Shown here: in pieces, positions 42,865 to 54,705 of the stretch
Layout: every line of letters starts with the position of its first letter
Numbering within the stretch: the first letter of the stretch is position 1
From: Naegleria gruberi
Taxonomy: Eukaryota
Direction: 5' to 3' (one strand)
DNA: 64,000 nucleotides
Assembly: GCA_000004985.1 (NCBI GenBank)
Contig: GG738890.1
Program-made: the position numbers and the translations under genes
The notes under the pieces: generated by a model
The model's input: the letters and a program-made list of their open reading frames with translations, nothing else
The model's database searches: none
What the model was told of the DNA's origin: nothing

Positions 42865-45800
42865 TTAATAATATTTCACTCCATATGGTGATTCTTGATC
42901 TGAGGCAGATTGATGTACTTTTTGATGTTCTTTCCATGCCAACATTTGATGCTCTGAGGAACAGAAATAAGTTGGAGCTACATGAACACCCTTTCTTCTC
43001 AATGAAGCACAAAAGTTACATTCATACATTGATTCTTGACCACAAACAACACACGGTTGATTCACTGGGACCCTACGAGATGATTTAGTAGGAGTAGCTG
43101 GGGTAGTAGGGGTCTTGGTTGGAGTGGTGGTTTTAGTTTCTTCTTGTTTTTCACTATTTCCAAAAGGAGAAAATGCACTCTTACCAGAAGAAAAGCTTGG
43201 GAAACTGTTAGAGTTAGAAGTATTGTTAGACATGAAAGGACTGTTTGCTCCAAATCCTAATCCTCCACTCGATACAAATCCTTTGGATGGAGATGAAAAG
43301 CTTGTATTATCATTGACATTGGCAGGAGGTTGATTCCAAGTTGAAGAGCTAGATTCACTTCCCCATGTACTACCAGATTTGTTATCAAAGTATGAGAGGA
43401 ATGCAGAGGATGTAGAATTGGAATTATTGTAGGCATTAATCAAATTACTTGAGGTTTTAGGAAGGGGTGGAGAAGGGGATTTTTCAGAGAGTAGTGAGTC
43501 AGTTACAGAGTTGGCAACCTCTTGGTGATGGTTTAAGGAATAAGAAGGTGAAGGAGTTGTTGAAACACTCTGGGAGAAATTATGTTGATTGGCCAAGCCA
43601 AATGCTGATGATCCAGTCATAATATCCCATGAAAAACCTCTTGGAGCATTATTTAGTGAGTTTGAATTGTCAAAGAGTTGCATTTGTGAGAATTGTGACA
43701 TTTCATTGGATTGATTAGATATTGGAGAGGATGGGAATCCAAAATTACTTCTATCTTTGACTCTTGGTGAGCTCACAATAGGACTAGCTCTTGGAGTATT
43801 ACTCATATTCAACCCATTATTAATCATATCAAGAGGATTCAGGGTTGGTGTTGTACTGTTTGATCCGCTTTGGCTCTTTTTAGATCCTTTAGAAAGTTGA
43901 TCGAGTGAAGGATATTCCTGTTCATATTGTCTAGATGGTGCATTATTTGGAATTCCAAGTACTTGTCCTCCACCAACTGGATTTGGTATATTCATTCCTC
44001 CTATGAAAGCATTTCCTGGCATTAATCCCACTACCATATTACTAGGGTATTGAATATTTCCAATAATATTACCTCCTCTCACTAGTAAACCTCCAGGTTG
44101 TTGTGCTCCGAAATTACTTGTTGTAAACTGTTGTGGATTAGTAGTATTAGGAGGTGGTTGTTGTGGTTGTTGTTGTTGAACAATAGGAGGTTGATTAGCA
44201 AGAGCACCAAGAAGAGATGATGAAGCAAGAGGTGTTTGCCAGGCAATTGTTGGTGTTGTTTGTTGAGGATTTAAGAGTGGCGATGGTGTTGCAGATGTTA
44301 ATGGAACATTAGTGTTTGGAGAAGGTATGATTACCTTATTTGGGATTGGTTGGGAAGTTGGAGTGGTGGATGAATTTGTTGTAGTCTTATTTGTAGAAGT
44401 ATTCACAGTCAAGTTGGCTGTTGATTTCTTGGTATTGCTGGCTGTGGTTGTTGGTTGGACCTTAGTTGTGGTTGGAGTTGGTTTGGTATTGTTGGCAACC
44501 GAATTCTTTGTGGCATTGGATGAAGCATTTCCCTTTTTAGAGGCATCAATCCATTCCTGTTCGCTTGGTCTCGGAGTATCACATAATTTACATCTACTTA
44601 AAGAATTTACATTCAAATAGGTGCATTCACTACAGCTCCACTTGTTTGCAGAACCAGTGCTACCAGTACTAGAAAATGAATTGGTAGAACTTGTTGAACT
44701 TGTAGAATTGGTTCTTTTCCTTCCTGTTGAATAATTTGAGCTGGTTGAAGCAGGAGTTGTAGGAGCAGTACTTTTAGCTTGTTGAGCCTTTTTGGTTTGT
44801 TTTAATCGTTGTTCCTCATTATGTTCCTTAATATAAGCAGCCCACAAAGATGAAGTTCCAATAATTTCTGACATTTGATCACCAAGTTTTTCCACAGTAG
44901 GTATCAACTCAATGCACTTATCTATGAGTAATTGTTTGAGTGTTGCACTGATAGATATTATACTTTCATCATCAGGAGTTTGACTTTCAGAGGTTGTATG
45001 TAAATGCTTAGAGTTTAGTGAGGCACCCTTCTCATCATCTGGATCCAGAAGAGTAATTCCTGTCATATTCGTTGCAGGTAAATTCTGCATAAACTCTGAG
45101 GCAGAAATCAAATCTTTGTGTAACCGAATTGCAGCATTGTTGGATGTTGTAAGTTTGGATAACATTTTTTCATCGGTTATAGTTTGTATGGACTTTTGAG
45201 ATCTTGGAGTTTTCCATTCTTTCAACTCGCTAATACTCTTTTTCAAACGATCTATTCTTTCCTTAATGTGTCTCACACCAGCAAAAGCCTCAATTAGTTC
45301 ATAAATTTGATCTGGTGATAATTCATTTACACTAGCCATTTTACATATCGAATCGAGAATTGGAAATTCACTTGCATGATTATGACTTGATTTGTCCCAA
45401 TCTTGAATGATTTCCTCAACTCGATCATCAATACTAACTTCTACCAATTTACCATTCTTTTTAGCTTGACATGTTCTGTGTTTCATATTTCTATCACCAA
45501 CTACAGCAACATAATCAGCAATTGAATTTGTTATTACTTCCTGAAGATGATCAGGCTTAATAAATTCATGATCATCGGGAGAACTTGGTACCTCCTTGGT
45601 ATAACAACCAAGCTGTGTATAAACATTAATACCTCTATTTAAAAATGTATCTTGAATTTGTTGAGCATAATTTCGTACTCTAACATCTGCAGCAAATAAA
45701 ACAATAATATGTAATAAAGGTTTTCTACTTAAAAAGGCTTGTGTAATAGGATCTAATCCATTTTTGATATTACTTAAAGTTTCACTATGATTAGAAACAT

Positions 45801-46422
45801 TCATTAAATTATTTGATGAAGAGTAGTGAGTGGAATGATATCTACCACCCGAAGTAGTATTAGAGGATGTTTTTGATAAAATTCTTGGATTATTTGTACT
45901 TGAGCTATTTCGTGATGAATTCGAAGAATATGAAGAATGTGTAGATCTAGGGGAAGAAACTTGAGAGGAAGATTGATTATAAGATCCACCATTATTATTT
46001 GATGATCCGTAAGAGGAAGAAACATGCTGAGATTGAAATTGGCTTGGTCTTGGTATTAAAGAAGATGAGGAATTGTTAGAGTACTTTCTTGATGATGAAG
46101 CCTTTGTACTATCTTCAGAAGTTGTACTTCTTGAATCATTTTCTTCATAATTTTCCTTACCATAGCTACTTTCATCGTCTTGATAATCATCATCATCCTC
46201 ATCGTCATAATCATCCTCATGATGGCGATAAACTGGTTGTGATGAATAAGTAGTATTACTTCTATAGTTCGAATTATTATTACTATATGAATTATTACTT
46301 GAATTTACACGGTTTTGATTTTTCAATATTGTAGGTGGAGTTTTTGTATAGTCGTGAGTTTTGATATTTTTCGATGCTGTTGTTCCACCACCTCTAGAGT
46401 TATTAGTTCGGTGCTGAGTCAT
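42865..46422 (-). CDS. large low-complexity protein with class-II-aaRS-anticodon-binding-like domain, RanBP2-type zinc finger and C-terminal MYND zinc finger
   Basis: The N-terminus (HIIVLFAADVRVRNYAQQIQDTFLNRGINVYTQ...YVAVVGDRNMKHRTCQAKKNGKLVEVSIDD) fits the HGTP_anticodon fold pattern. WSCSECTYLNVNSLSRCKLCDTPRP is a RanBP2 ZnF. CVVCGQ...CNFC...C.SEHQMLAWKEHQKVH is a MYND finger. There are long S/T/N/Q/P tracts. Confidence 0.65.
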   Translation of the reverse strand: MTQHRTNNSRGGGTTASKNIKTHDYTKTPPTILKNQNRVNSSNNSYSNNNSNYRSNTTYSSQPVYRHHEDDYDDEDDDDYQDDESSYGKENYEENDSRSTTSEDSTKASSSRKYSNNSSSSLIPRPSQFQSQHVSSSYGSSNNNGGSYNQSSSQVSSPRSTHSSYSSNSSRNSSSTNNPRILSKTSSNTTSGGRYHSTHYSSSNNLMNVSNHSETLSNIKNGLDPITQAFLSRKPLLHIIVLFAADVRVRNYAQQIQDTFLNRGINVYTQLGCYTKEVPSSPDDHEFIKPDHLQEVITNSIADYVAVVGDRNMKHRTCQAKKNGKLVEVSIDDRVEEIIQDWDKSSHNHASEFPILDSICKMASVNELSPDQIYELIEAFAGVRHIKERIDRLKKSISELKEWKTPRSQKSIQTITDEKMLSKLTTSNNAAIRLHKDLISASEFMQNLPATNMTGITLLDPDDEKGASLNSKHLHTTSESQTPDDESIISISATLKQLLIDKCIELIPTVEKLGDQMSEIIGTSSLWAAYIKEHNEEQRLKQTKKAQQAKSTAPTTPASTSSNYSTGRKRTNSTSSTSSTNSFSSTGSTGSANKWSCSECTYLNVNSLSRCKLCDTPRPSEQEWIDASKKGNASSNATKNSVANNTKPTPTTTKVQPTTTASNTKKSTANLTVNTSTNKTTTNSSTTPTSQPIPNKVIIPSPNTNVPLTSATPSPLLNPQQTTPTIAWQTPLASSSLLGALANQPPIVQQQQPQQPPPNTTNPQQFTTSNFGAQQPGGLLVRGGNIIGNIQYPSNMVVGLMPGNAFIGGMNIPNPVGGGQVLGIPNNAPSRQYEQEYPSLDQLSKGSKKSQSGSNSTTPTLNPLDMINNGLNMSNTPRASPIVSSPRVKDRSNFGFPSSPISNQSNEMSQFSQMQLFDNSNSLNNAPRGFSWDIMTGSSAFGLANQHNFSQSVSTTPSPSYSLNHHQEVANSVTDSLLSEKSPSPPLPKTSSNLINAYNNSNSTSSAFLSYFDNKSGSTWGSESSSSTWNQPPANVNDNTSFSSPSKGFVSSGGLGFGANSPFMSNNTSNSNSFPSFSSGKSAFSPFGNSEKQEETKTTTPTKTPTTPATPTKSSRRVPVNQPCVVCGQESMYECNFCASLRRKGVHVAPTYFCSSEHQMLAWKEHQKVHQSASDQESPYGVKYY

Positions 46423-48372
46423 TTTGTTTTAAAAAGAGTGCTGATGATGAAATGTTGATACTATTATTATCAATGAAGAAAAACCTTTAAAATTGTCGGA
46501 TGATCAAAAAAGCCTTGTTTTGAATATTATATTGCGCAGCACCAAATATTATTGCAATAACTTTAAAAAGGTGCAAAAAGGCTTGTTGGCTAATTTTTGA
46601 AAAATTCACTTGTTGAAAAACAAATCTATTATTTGATGTTGTTATTGTTGTAGAATTTAAAAATTGTATTCTTCTTGTTGATGATTTTTGGAAAATAAAT
46701 GATGATGATGAATCTCTACAAGCCACACACAACAAAAATCGAATCTTTTTCTATTGGCAATCTTTTTCGTCCTCGAGAGAAAAGGTTATTTTTTACTATT
46801 GGTTTTTGCGCCAAGAATATTTTGAGAGTTTTGGTTGTTTCATCAACATAGCCTTGTTTGTCTAATACAGGCCAACTTGGAAGTTTACGTTTTGATCAAA
46901 GTTTAAAAAATTGAAAAAGTTCATAAGCTCGCGATGTAATAGGCTCATGATGGTTTTTTTGTTGTAGTTCATATCATTAATTAGAAGAAGGATTAAAAAA
47001 GATTAAAAAATTAGGAATGAATAATTGCATCTGCACATATTATATTATTAAATAATTAAATATAATTAATTTATGTGATGAGAAAAATTGCATTCCGAAC
47101 TATGTCTTCCTCAGTAAAAACAACTGATCACACCTTACAAATTGGGAAGATGATGATAATGTGCAATTGTTTGTGGAAGGTTAATTATCTGACACATCCT
47201 AAAAGCGTGGCAACAGGGTTTCTATTCTGGTGATTAATTGGCAATTACGTACCTTAAGAAAATCATAGAAAATGCAAGGTTTGGATTCAAGAATGCTTGG
47301 ACATTGGATAAGATATCTACAAAATAGTTTCTAATGAGCTACAATCCAACATGCCATATTCAGAAAGTAACTGTATTTTTTACTCTTGACCTGTTGTAAA
47401 AGTTTGTTGTACCCGAGGACCTCTCACTTATTGTTGAAATTATTACTGAAGCGCTGCTAGTTGACCAAACATTGTGTTATCCTAATACTGGTCACCAACT
47501 AACTGGCTAATCTTTAGGTACAAAAAAGACTGATTACCAAATTGTAGATACGCAACTTTTCTAACGTGCTGAAGAGCTTTGTTGGAAATATTGTTCATAA
47601 TTAGCTCATACTTTTAAAAGGGCAGCTATTACCAGTTATTATGTATGTGATGACGGACAGCTGTCATTTTTACATCATGTAGAGCCAACACAATCCACAA
47701 AAAAGAACGATTAGTTGACAGAAATCATGTGACTTTTGGTATTCAGCACCAAGATAATTATTCCGCAATACAGAAACTGATAGTACGTTTTTGCATCAAA
47801 GCTTTCATTTCTTAAGAGAACTGCAACCCCTCCTCACACATTATAATTGACTATTGAAACTGGTTGTAACAAATTGCCTTTTCCTTCACTTGCTTTGTGA
47901 GTTGTTGGAACCCCACTTAATTTACCCAAGATTCTGCACGTTATCCTTTCAATATGTTTCTCTGTTGTTGGATGCAGAGCCACAAGGCAACAACATTGAG
48001 AAAAGGAAGGAATGCAAATGTGTTTCGTCTATTGAGAAGTAGCTTACCAATTTGCTTCGGACACATTGGTCCAATCATACCACAAAGAGTAGACAGCTAC
48101 AAACCTTCCATTAAAAACGTAAGAGGCACTTCCATTGTTAACATCACAACTTCTCCTGTCTATTTGTTGTTTCCATCCGTAATATTGACCGACCTCACTT
48201 AACAAATTGATTTCAGACAAGAAAAAATTGTGTCAACCCTAATTGCTAGCCTAAATTTTCACACAACACACAATATTTCTCCTACAAGTCCCTCGACACT
48301 CTAATTACTACTACTTTGTGTTAACACATTTGGTCCACTTGTATCCAACAGGTTAAATAGCACAAATGTTGA

Positions 48373-49662
48373 TTGTCTCAAATTGACATGTCTTTCCAAC
48401 ACCATCCCTATAATCCCAACTCTTCTAGAACAAAACGAGAACGTTTTAATTGGTCCTCTTTCATGGAGAATCAAGCTGAGGGTGTTGGTTCTTCTTCATC
48501 ATCAAGTAATTCACATAATAATCAGTTATTGATTACAACTACTATTCAACCACAGCATCATCATCAACAGAATCAACAACCAACACTTTCAGATGCTTCT
48601 TCATCCAATAATTCACATGCCACCAAATCATCTCCACATGATAATTCAATTCTGATTCATCAATCCAAAAAGCAACAAGATGAAACCCCTATGAAACAAC
48701 AACATTCCATGCCACGCTATTTTGGTGACACACCTTTAATGTCAGCTAGCAATTCTATGGCAACCCAACCCTCTTACATGAACGAACATCAAGGGATCCA
48801 AATACTACCCCATCCAACCACTATTATCAATCCTCCAATCACACAAACAAATATCTTGAACAGTCCCTTGACTATTCAAGGCAACAACACAATGCCCATT
48901 ACCATTCAGCAACCACATGGGATTATGAGGATGACAAACAACAATACAGAGACAAGAAAGTCAAACAACAAGAAGGAATATCAACAACATGGAAAAGAGA
49001 AAGAGGAATATAATATTCGACTACCTTCCATTTTTGAATGGTGGCATGAAGATAGTCCTCCAACATCATCTAGCTCTCCTTCAAACAATCCTTTCAGTTT
49101 TCCTCCTGCTTCCACGAATACCCAATTTTTTGACAAGACTCATTCACCACCTCCTTCTTCTTCATTTGTTCCAATTTCGAATTATCATGACCAACATGCC
49201 AATTCTACTACGAGTTTTACTACTTTTCGGAAGAAACGTCATTCCCCAGATTCACATGCAGCCATATCTCACGATTTCACACAAATAGTAGCACATCAAC
49301 AGCTGTTAGATAATAGTCCTCGTTCTCAATCTCCTCCAAATAATAACAATATTAATAATTTGAATAATTCTATTAACAGTAGTGGAAGACATAACACAGT
49401 AACAAGTAATATTTCTTCTACTCTAAATGCTACTCCAACAAGTCAATTATCAAAAAAGAGGAAAACCACAAAACCTACTGCCACTGTAATGATACCCTCA
49501 ACGAGTTCAATCGCTCCACAACAAGATTCCTTTCTTTTACAAAATGAATATGAACAATTTAATAAGGGAGAGCATGAAATGCAGAAAAAAGGAAGAGGAG
49601 AAAAGATTTTCAAATATTCTTACTATCAATATAACAATACGAGTTCAAACAATAAGCAATAA
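48373..49662 (+). CDS. Q/N/S/P-rich low-complexity hypothetical protein
   Basis: 429-aa ORF with no recognisable domain. Coding potential is inferred only from ORF length and composition. Confidence 0.35.
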   Translation: MSQIDMSFQHHPYNPNSSRTKRERFNWSSFMENQAEGVGSSSSSSNSHNNQLLITTTIQPQHHHQQNQQPTLSDASSSNNSHATKSSPHDNSILIHQSKKQQDETPMKQQHSMPRYFGDTPLMSASNSMATQPSYMNEHQGIQILPHPTTIINPPITQTNILNSPLTIQGNNTMPITIQQPHGIMRMTNNNTETRKSNNKKEYQQHGKEKEEYNIRLPSIFEWWHEDSPPTSSSSPSNNPFSFPPASTNTQFFDKTHSPPPSSSFVPISNYHDQHANSTTSFTTFRKKRHSPDSHAAISHDFTQIVAHQQLLDNSPRSQSPPNNNNINNLNNSINSSGRHNTVTSNISSTLNATPTSQLSKKRKTTKPTATVMIPSTSSIAPQQDSFLLQNEYEQFNKGEHEMQKKGRGEKIFKYSYYQYNNTSSNNKQ

Positions 49663-50251
49663 CATTTTTGACATTGAGAAAAATTTTGACATTTTCGAGA
49701 ATTGTAAATAAATTAAAATTTTTATTCGAATATTTCCACATTAATACAAATACCCATATGAAAAAGTAAATGGGCATGCGAGAGCAGCGGAACATGCACA
49801 ATAATGACTGGTTGTTAACTCTTTCATGTAGTTTCTTCCTTCTTGGATTTAATTCTTGCGATGGCAGTTGCCATCTTTAACATGTTATTTTGTTTTCACA
49901 CAAATGTTGAGAAGCTGATTTTAATTGGAGTGAGTAGCCAGAGGGTTGTTGTTTGTGCAAGCATTAAATATTTGGGTTATTCTTGTTTGGATTACATGTA
50001 ACAGAGTTGATGAACAAAATATAAATGGTCTAATTCATACTTGCTGTAAATTAATGATCCTATTAAATATCATATAATAATATTGTTGAACATCCACTTT
50101 CTGTTGTTCATGATGTAGAAAAATTGCACTGATTACATTCTCGGAGTTAAATCAATAATTTCACAGCTGTCGTTGTCGTGACATTTTTTTTCTGAATATT
50201 CTTCAAGTACCATTACTGTTCAATTATTTTATTTTTAGACATAACAACGAG

Positions 50252-50335
50252 GCTCATATAGCTCAGTGGTAGAGCATTTGTCTTATGAGAAATGAGGTTA
50301 GCAGATGGCCGAGGGTTCGACCCCCTCTATGAGCA
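50252..50335 (+). tRNA. tRNA-Ile(UAU): tRNA-Ile (anticodon UAU) with a 12-nt intron adjacent to the anticodon loop
   Basis: The acceptor GCTCATA pairs with TATGAGC. The D-arm is GCTC/AGTGGTA/GAGC. The anticodon stem TTTGT pairs with GCAGA (two G-U pairs) only after removing 50289-50300 (gaaatgaggtta). The loop is CTTATGA, the T-arm is GAGGG/TTCGACC/CCCTC, and the discriminator is A. A T7 run follows at 50344-50350. Confidence 0.7.
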
Positions 50336-50343
50336 GCTCAAAT

Positions 50344-50350
50344 TTTTTTA
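50344..50350 (+). terminator. Pol III oligo-T terminator downstream of tRNA-Ile
   Basis: A TTTTTTT run lies 9 nt after the tRNA 3' end. Confidence 0.5.
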
Positions 50351-50629
50351 TTCAACTTTGCAATAACAGTGATTTACAGGGCTAATTAAAATAAGCAATA
50401 GCTTATTTAAGGATTTTCCAAATCATATGGAACAACTCTACACTAGTATTACATTTCCACCTATTAATCTTTTGAGATTCAGTAAGTGCTGTACCTCTAA
50501 TGTACAACCTCCTCCTCCTCAATAAACATCACAACATCTACACAACCAATATATTTATCCATCAACTACAGTTGTTTTGCGAATCAAGCATTATTTTAGC
50601 CTCAATACAGCAAAAAAAAATGAAAGAGG

Positions 50630-53571
50630 AAATTGAGTGCGAAATTGGCTCCTCACTGCCAATTTGTTCTGTTGATGATGTTGCTGCAGTAGGTGATGGA
50701 AGATTTGAAGAGGCCGGTGCTGGTTGTAGTAGTAGCAGAGCTAGGATGGATATGAATTTAAAATTGTCATCATTAGAAAAATCATCTTTATCAGCACCTT
50801 CATCGTCAAGGCAGTTATCCACTTCTTTTGTTGGAAATAATAATAGTAGTACTAATATGATGGTTGTTCAACAACAACAACAACAACAACAGCCGAGGAA
50901 TAATTTTGACGGCAATGGTTTAAAGCAAGAAAAACCATCAACACAATTAGTGGAATCGAAACCGAGAACGGACTATCCAGATTATCATCAAGACAAGAAT
51001 GGAAAGAAATATGTAAATAATCAAGAAGAAGAAATTCAAAAGAAGAGTAGACTGCGGAAATTATATATTAAATACTTTAGGAATGTTTTTTTGGCTGATG
51101 AAGACGATCAATTGAAATATCAAATGAAAATACGAGCAGCAGAGGAGCAATACAAGATACTAATACTTTTAGGACTTAGTTTGAATTTAATCACGTCAAT
51201 ATTCTATATTGAATGGAATTTTATTAGACAAGTCAACTTTTTCTCATTGTGCTTCCTTGACACCTTTTTGGATATTGTGGTGCAGTTATTACTAATATTT
51301 TGTGGAGCTGCAAAGGATTTGCCAACACTGGAATTGGCTCACGTTTTTAAGAATTTAATTTTGGGCTCAGTGAGAGCTGTTAATCAAATCTATTCAGGGT
51401 TCTACTCACCCATATGGATAATGAATGGCTTTGCATTGCTTATATTTTCTCATGTGGCGTTTTTCAGAAATTCACTCTCTCTTATATCCTGTCTGACCCT
51501 CATTTTCAGTTCCATGTTTGGGCAGTATGTATCTTTCCAAGTAATGTTTTCAGAAGTGGAGAGGGGAGGAAGATTCATCACACTCACTCATCTTGAGAAG
51601 CAAACACCACACATGCATATGGTCTTGAATTCATCTATTTATTTACAAACTATTCTACAAAATACCATTATACAGGTGTTCATTCTTGCATTGGGAATCA
51701 TGTTCTCGAGAGATGTTGAAGAGCAGTACAGTAGAAGTATCCGATTTGAATATCAAATCAAAACTGAAAGGTTTTTAAATGCATCAAAAACCAAGTTTAT
51801 TGGAAACTTGTCTCATGAGGTGAGTGCTATTCTATTATTTGTACATTTTCAATTAATAACTATTTAAATTAATTATTTTAATTTTGAAAAATAGATGAGG
51901 AATCCATTACATGGAATGATTGGAATTATTGAAATTTTGAAAATAGAAATTAAAAAGATTATTGACACACTGAGCCAAACGGATTTTAACAAACATGAAA
52001 CAAGAGAACCAGTAATTAAGGAGGTAATCTCTGCTAGTGAATCGAACATTGACCTCATCGATGATATACACAGTAATGCAAGAATGCTCTTGAATATATT
52101 TTCCAATTCGCTTCAAATAAGTAGTCTCGAGTTGGGTCAATTGAAATTGAATTATAGCCACTTCAACATTCTGGAAATGAGCGATTCCATCATTTCAGTG
52201 TTTTCAACCATTGCAAGAGACAAGGGTCTTGTACTTCAGTCATTCTTTGATGTTGAAAATGTTCCAATCGTACTCAAAGCAGACTCGGTAAGACTCTCTC
52301 AAATTTTAATCAATATTGTATCCAATAGTGTCAAGTATACAAGGAATGGAAAGGTTATCTTCACTTGTGGAACAGTTGACAGATCAGATGCAGACTTTCC
52401 ATTCAAAGAAGAGAGGATTTCTCTCGATATTGGAGAATCTGAGCCTATTGAAGAGGATAATATTTGCTTTTTAAAAATTGAGTGTAAAGATACAGGAATT
52501 GGAATTGCTCCTGATCAGTTGGAAAAGTTATTTGAACCTTTTCATATTGTTGAGGAAAAGACTGTGAAACAAAATATGGAATTTGATAGGTACTATACCC
52601 AATCCGTTGTTAACACTAACAATTCATTCAACGATAGACACGGCCTCGGATTGAGCATCTCCCACAAATTGATTCAATTAATGAGGGGAAAGATTATTGT
52701 AAAGAGTAAAGTCAATGAAGGAACGACAATCACTCTCTACATTCCAACAATCAAAATTCCACAAGAGGAATCGAAACAGTATTCTGAATGCATACATAAT
52801 AAGATTAAAGAATTGGAAACGAGCGATGTCAGAGAAGTATTAATTTTAGACGACGATGACGGAGTGAAAGATGTTCTTCACAAGTATTGTGCATTTGTTT
52901 TCAAAAAACCAATCAGAGAACTATCCACTGAGAAGGATGCCATAGATTTTTTCAATAGCACAACCAATCTTAATAATTGTTTGATACTGTACAATTCAAA
53001 CAAGTTTTCCTCTCCGTTCTCCATGAATATTAATGCGAAGGAAAATATCATCATTCAGCTTTGTTCTCGATCAACAACATCCAATTTGAACTCTAACACA
53101 CTCTATCTTCCTTTCAAATTTGAAAAGTTTATCAATATTTTGTACAATAATATTGTTGTAAAGAATAAGGAAAATGACAAGTCATTCCATATTGATAAGG
53201 TTGCAAATGGCGCCAAGAGAGCTCTCGTTGTCGATGATAATGATGTCAATAGAAAAGTACTTCAGAAATTAATGACCCTTCTTGGCTTTGAAGTGGAAAC
53301 AGCTGCTGATGGTTTGGAAGCTTTTGAGATGGTGAAAAAAACGTCAAGACCATACGATATTATTCTAATGGATCTGCTAATGCCAGTCCTTTGCGGAAAG
53401 GAGAGCTGCAAACTCATGAGAGATTTAAAATGCTCTGCCAAGATTATTGCTGTCACTGCAAACATTTGGGAAAGCATGGATACCATTCAACAGGCAGGAT
53501 TTGATTCTGTTTTGAGGAAACCAGTCATGCTTAATGACCTCCGAAAAGAACTCTCTAAATATCTTAACTAG
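50630..53571 (+). CDS. hybrid sensor histidine kinase (TM sensor region, HisKA, HATPase_c, C-terminal receiver domain); 2 exons
   Basis: A 75-nt intron at 51820-51894 (gtgagtgct...aaaaatag) splits the H-box, giving LSHE|MRNPLHGMIG. The ATPase G-box is HGLGLSISHKLIQLMRGKI. The receiver domain is ALVVDDNDVNRKVL...YDIILMDLLMP...K. There are several TM helices N-terminal to the kinase. The start is taken as MKEEIEC at 50630, after an A9 tract; the ORF extends to 50500. Confidence 0.8.
50870..50893 (+). repeat. (CAA)n microsatellite encoding a poly-Q run inside the histidine-kinase N-terminal region
   Basis: caacaacaacaacaacaacaacag is visible directly in the sequence. Confidence 0.6.
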
Positions 53572-53802
53572 ATGGAATTTAATGATTATTTAATTTACTG
53601 CTTCAATTAATGTGGACGGATCGTAAAAGTAATAACAATTCTTGATGATTTTTCAAAACATAATTAGTTGGATGTATTCTCCAATAATTGATTGACACTA
53701 TCCGATATCAATTTACCAGTGATCTCTATTGACAGAGTTATATTTTGAATAAGAGAGAAATTATTAGATATTATTCTTGATAATTTACAATGCTATTTCA
53801 TT

Positions 53803-54705
53803 TTATTGATTCTTTGCATATTCAATCAAAGAAGTTGGCTTTACATCAAAGAGATTATTATCAAGCTTTTCAACAAGTGACTTTCCAGAAACAATTCCCC
53901 ATTTCAATTGACTAAAAGCGATTGAAAGGAATTCTTCAGGAGCAAAACCATTCTTCAACTTTTCTTGGATTTGGTTGAGTAAATCTTGAGCTGATCCAGC
54001 ACGAACCAAAGTTGCTTGTGGACCCACAACAATGTCAGCCACTTCTTTCAAGGTCAATTCATCACCTGCAATGTTAATTGATTTGTTTTTCAAGTTTGGA
54101 TTCAAAGCAGCTTGAACAACATATTTGGCAATATCAGCAGTGTCAGTCAATTGAACCTTACCATGTAAATCTCCATAATATTTGTAAGAATCACCTTCCT
54201 TTTCAAAGAGGAAGTTTGGATAGAATGCAAACTTGTAGAAAATACTTGTATGAATCAGTAAATAGTCAACTTGAGTTTGATTCTTCAAGTCAACAACAAG
54301 TTTCTTCTTTGGATCATTGAGAAGAAGTTCACCAAATTCGAAATTTTCATAATTTGAACCAAAGCTTGATGGAATAAACTTGTTTACACCAGCCAACTTG
54401 GCAGCATTCAACAATTTCAATTGACCATCATAGAAAACTGAATGATCACCAGAAACTGCACTCACAATGACTTGAATTCCCTTCAATGATTGAGCCAATT
54501 CTTCAACAGTTGAACCAACAACATCTCCTTCAATCAAGTGAGCTCCCAACTTGACCAATTCTTCAACCTTTGTTTCACTTCCCTTTCTAACAAGAATGTG
54601 AGTTTTAACACCTGATTGACTAAGGAATGCTTTAGTAATTTGAGAACCAAGGAAACCACTGGCACCAACAATGACAACAGATGAATAATTATTAGAGTCA
54701 GACAT
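53803..54705 (-). CDS. NmrA-like / isoflavone-reductase-like NAD(P)-binding protein
   Basis: Rossmann motif VVIVGASGFLGSQI near the N-terminus, and overall NmrA/PCBER-like layout. The start is taken at MSDSNNYSS (54705); the ORF extends upstream to 54861. Confidence 0.65.
   Translation of the reverse strand: MSDSNNYSSVVIVGASGFLGSQITKAFLSQSGVKTHILVRKGSETKVEELVKLGAHLIEGDVVGSTVEELAQSLKGIQVIVSAVSGDHSVFYDGQLKLLNAAKLAGVNKFIPSSFGSNYENFEFGELLLNDPKKKLVVDLKNQTQVDYLLIHTSIFYKFAFYPNFLFEKEGDSYKYYGDLHGKVQLTDTADIAKYVVQAALNPNLKNKSINIAGDELTLKEVADIVVGPQATLVRAGSAQDLLNQIQEKLKNGFAPEEFLSIAFSQLKWGIVSGKSLVEKLDNNLFDVKPTSLIEYAKNQ

Noticed and set aside
47647-47777. C/D-box snoRNA call as a definite feature
   Set aside because: Only C-like (GTGATGA) and D-like (CTGA) boxes were found. 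The spacing is long and there is no clear terminal stem or guide complementarity that I can verify. It is kept as a low-confidence finding rather than a feature.
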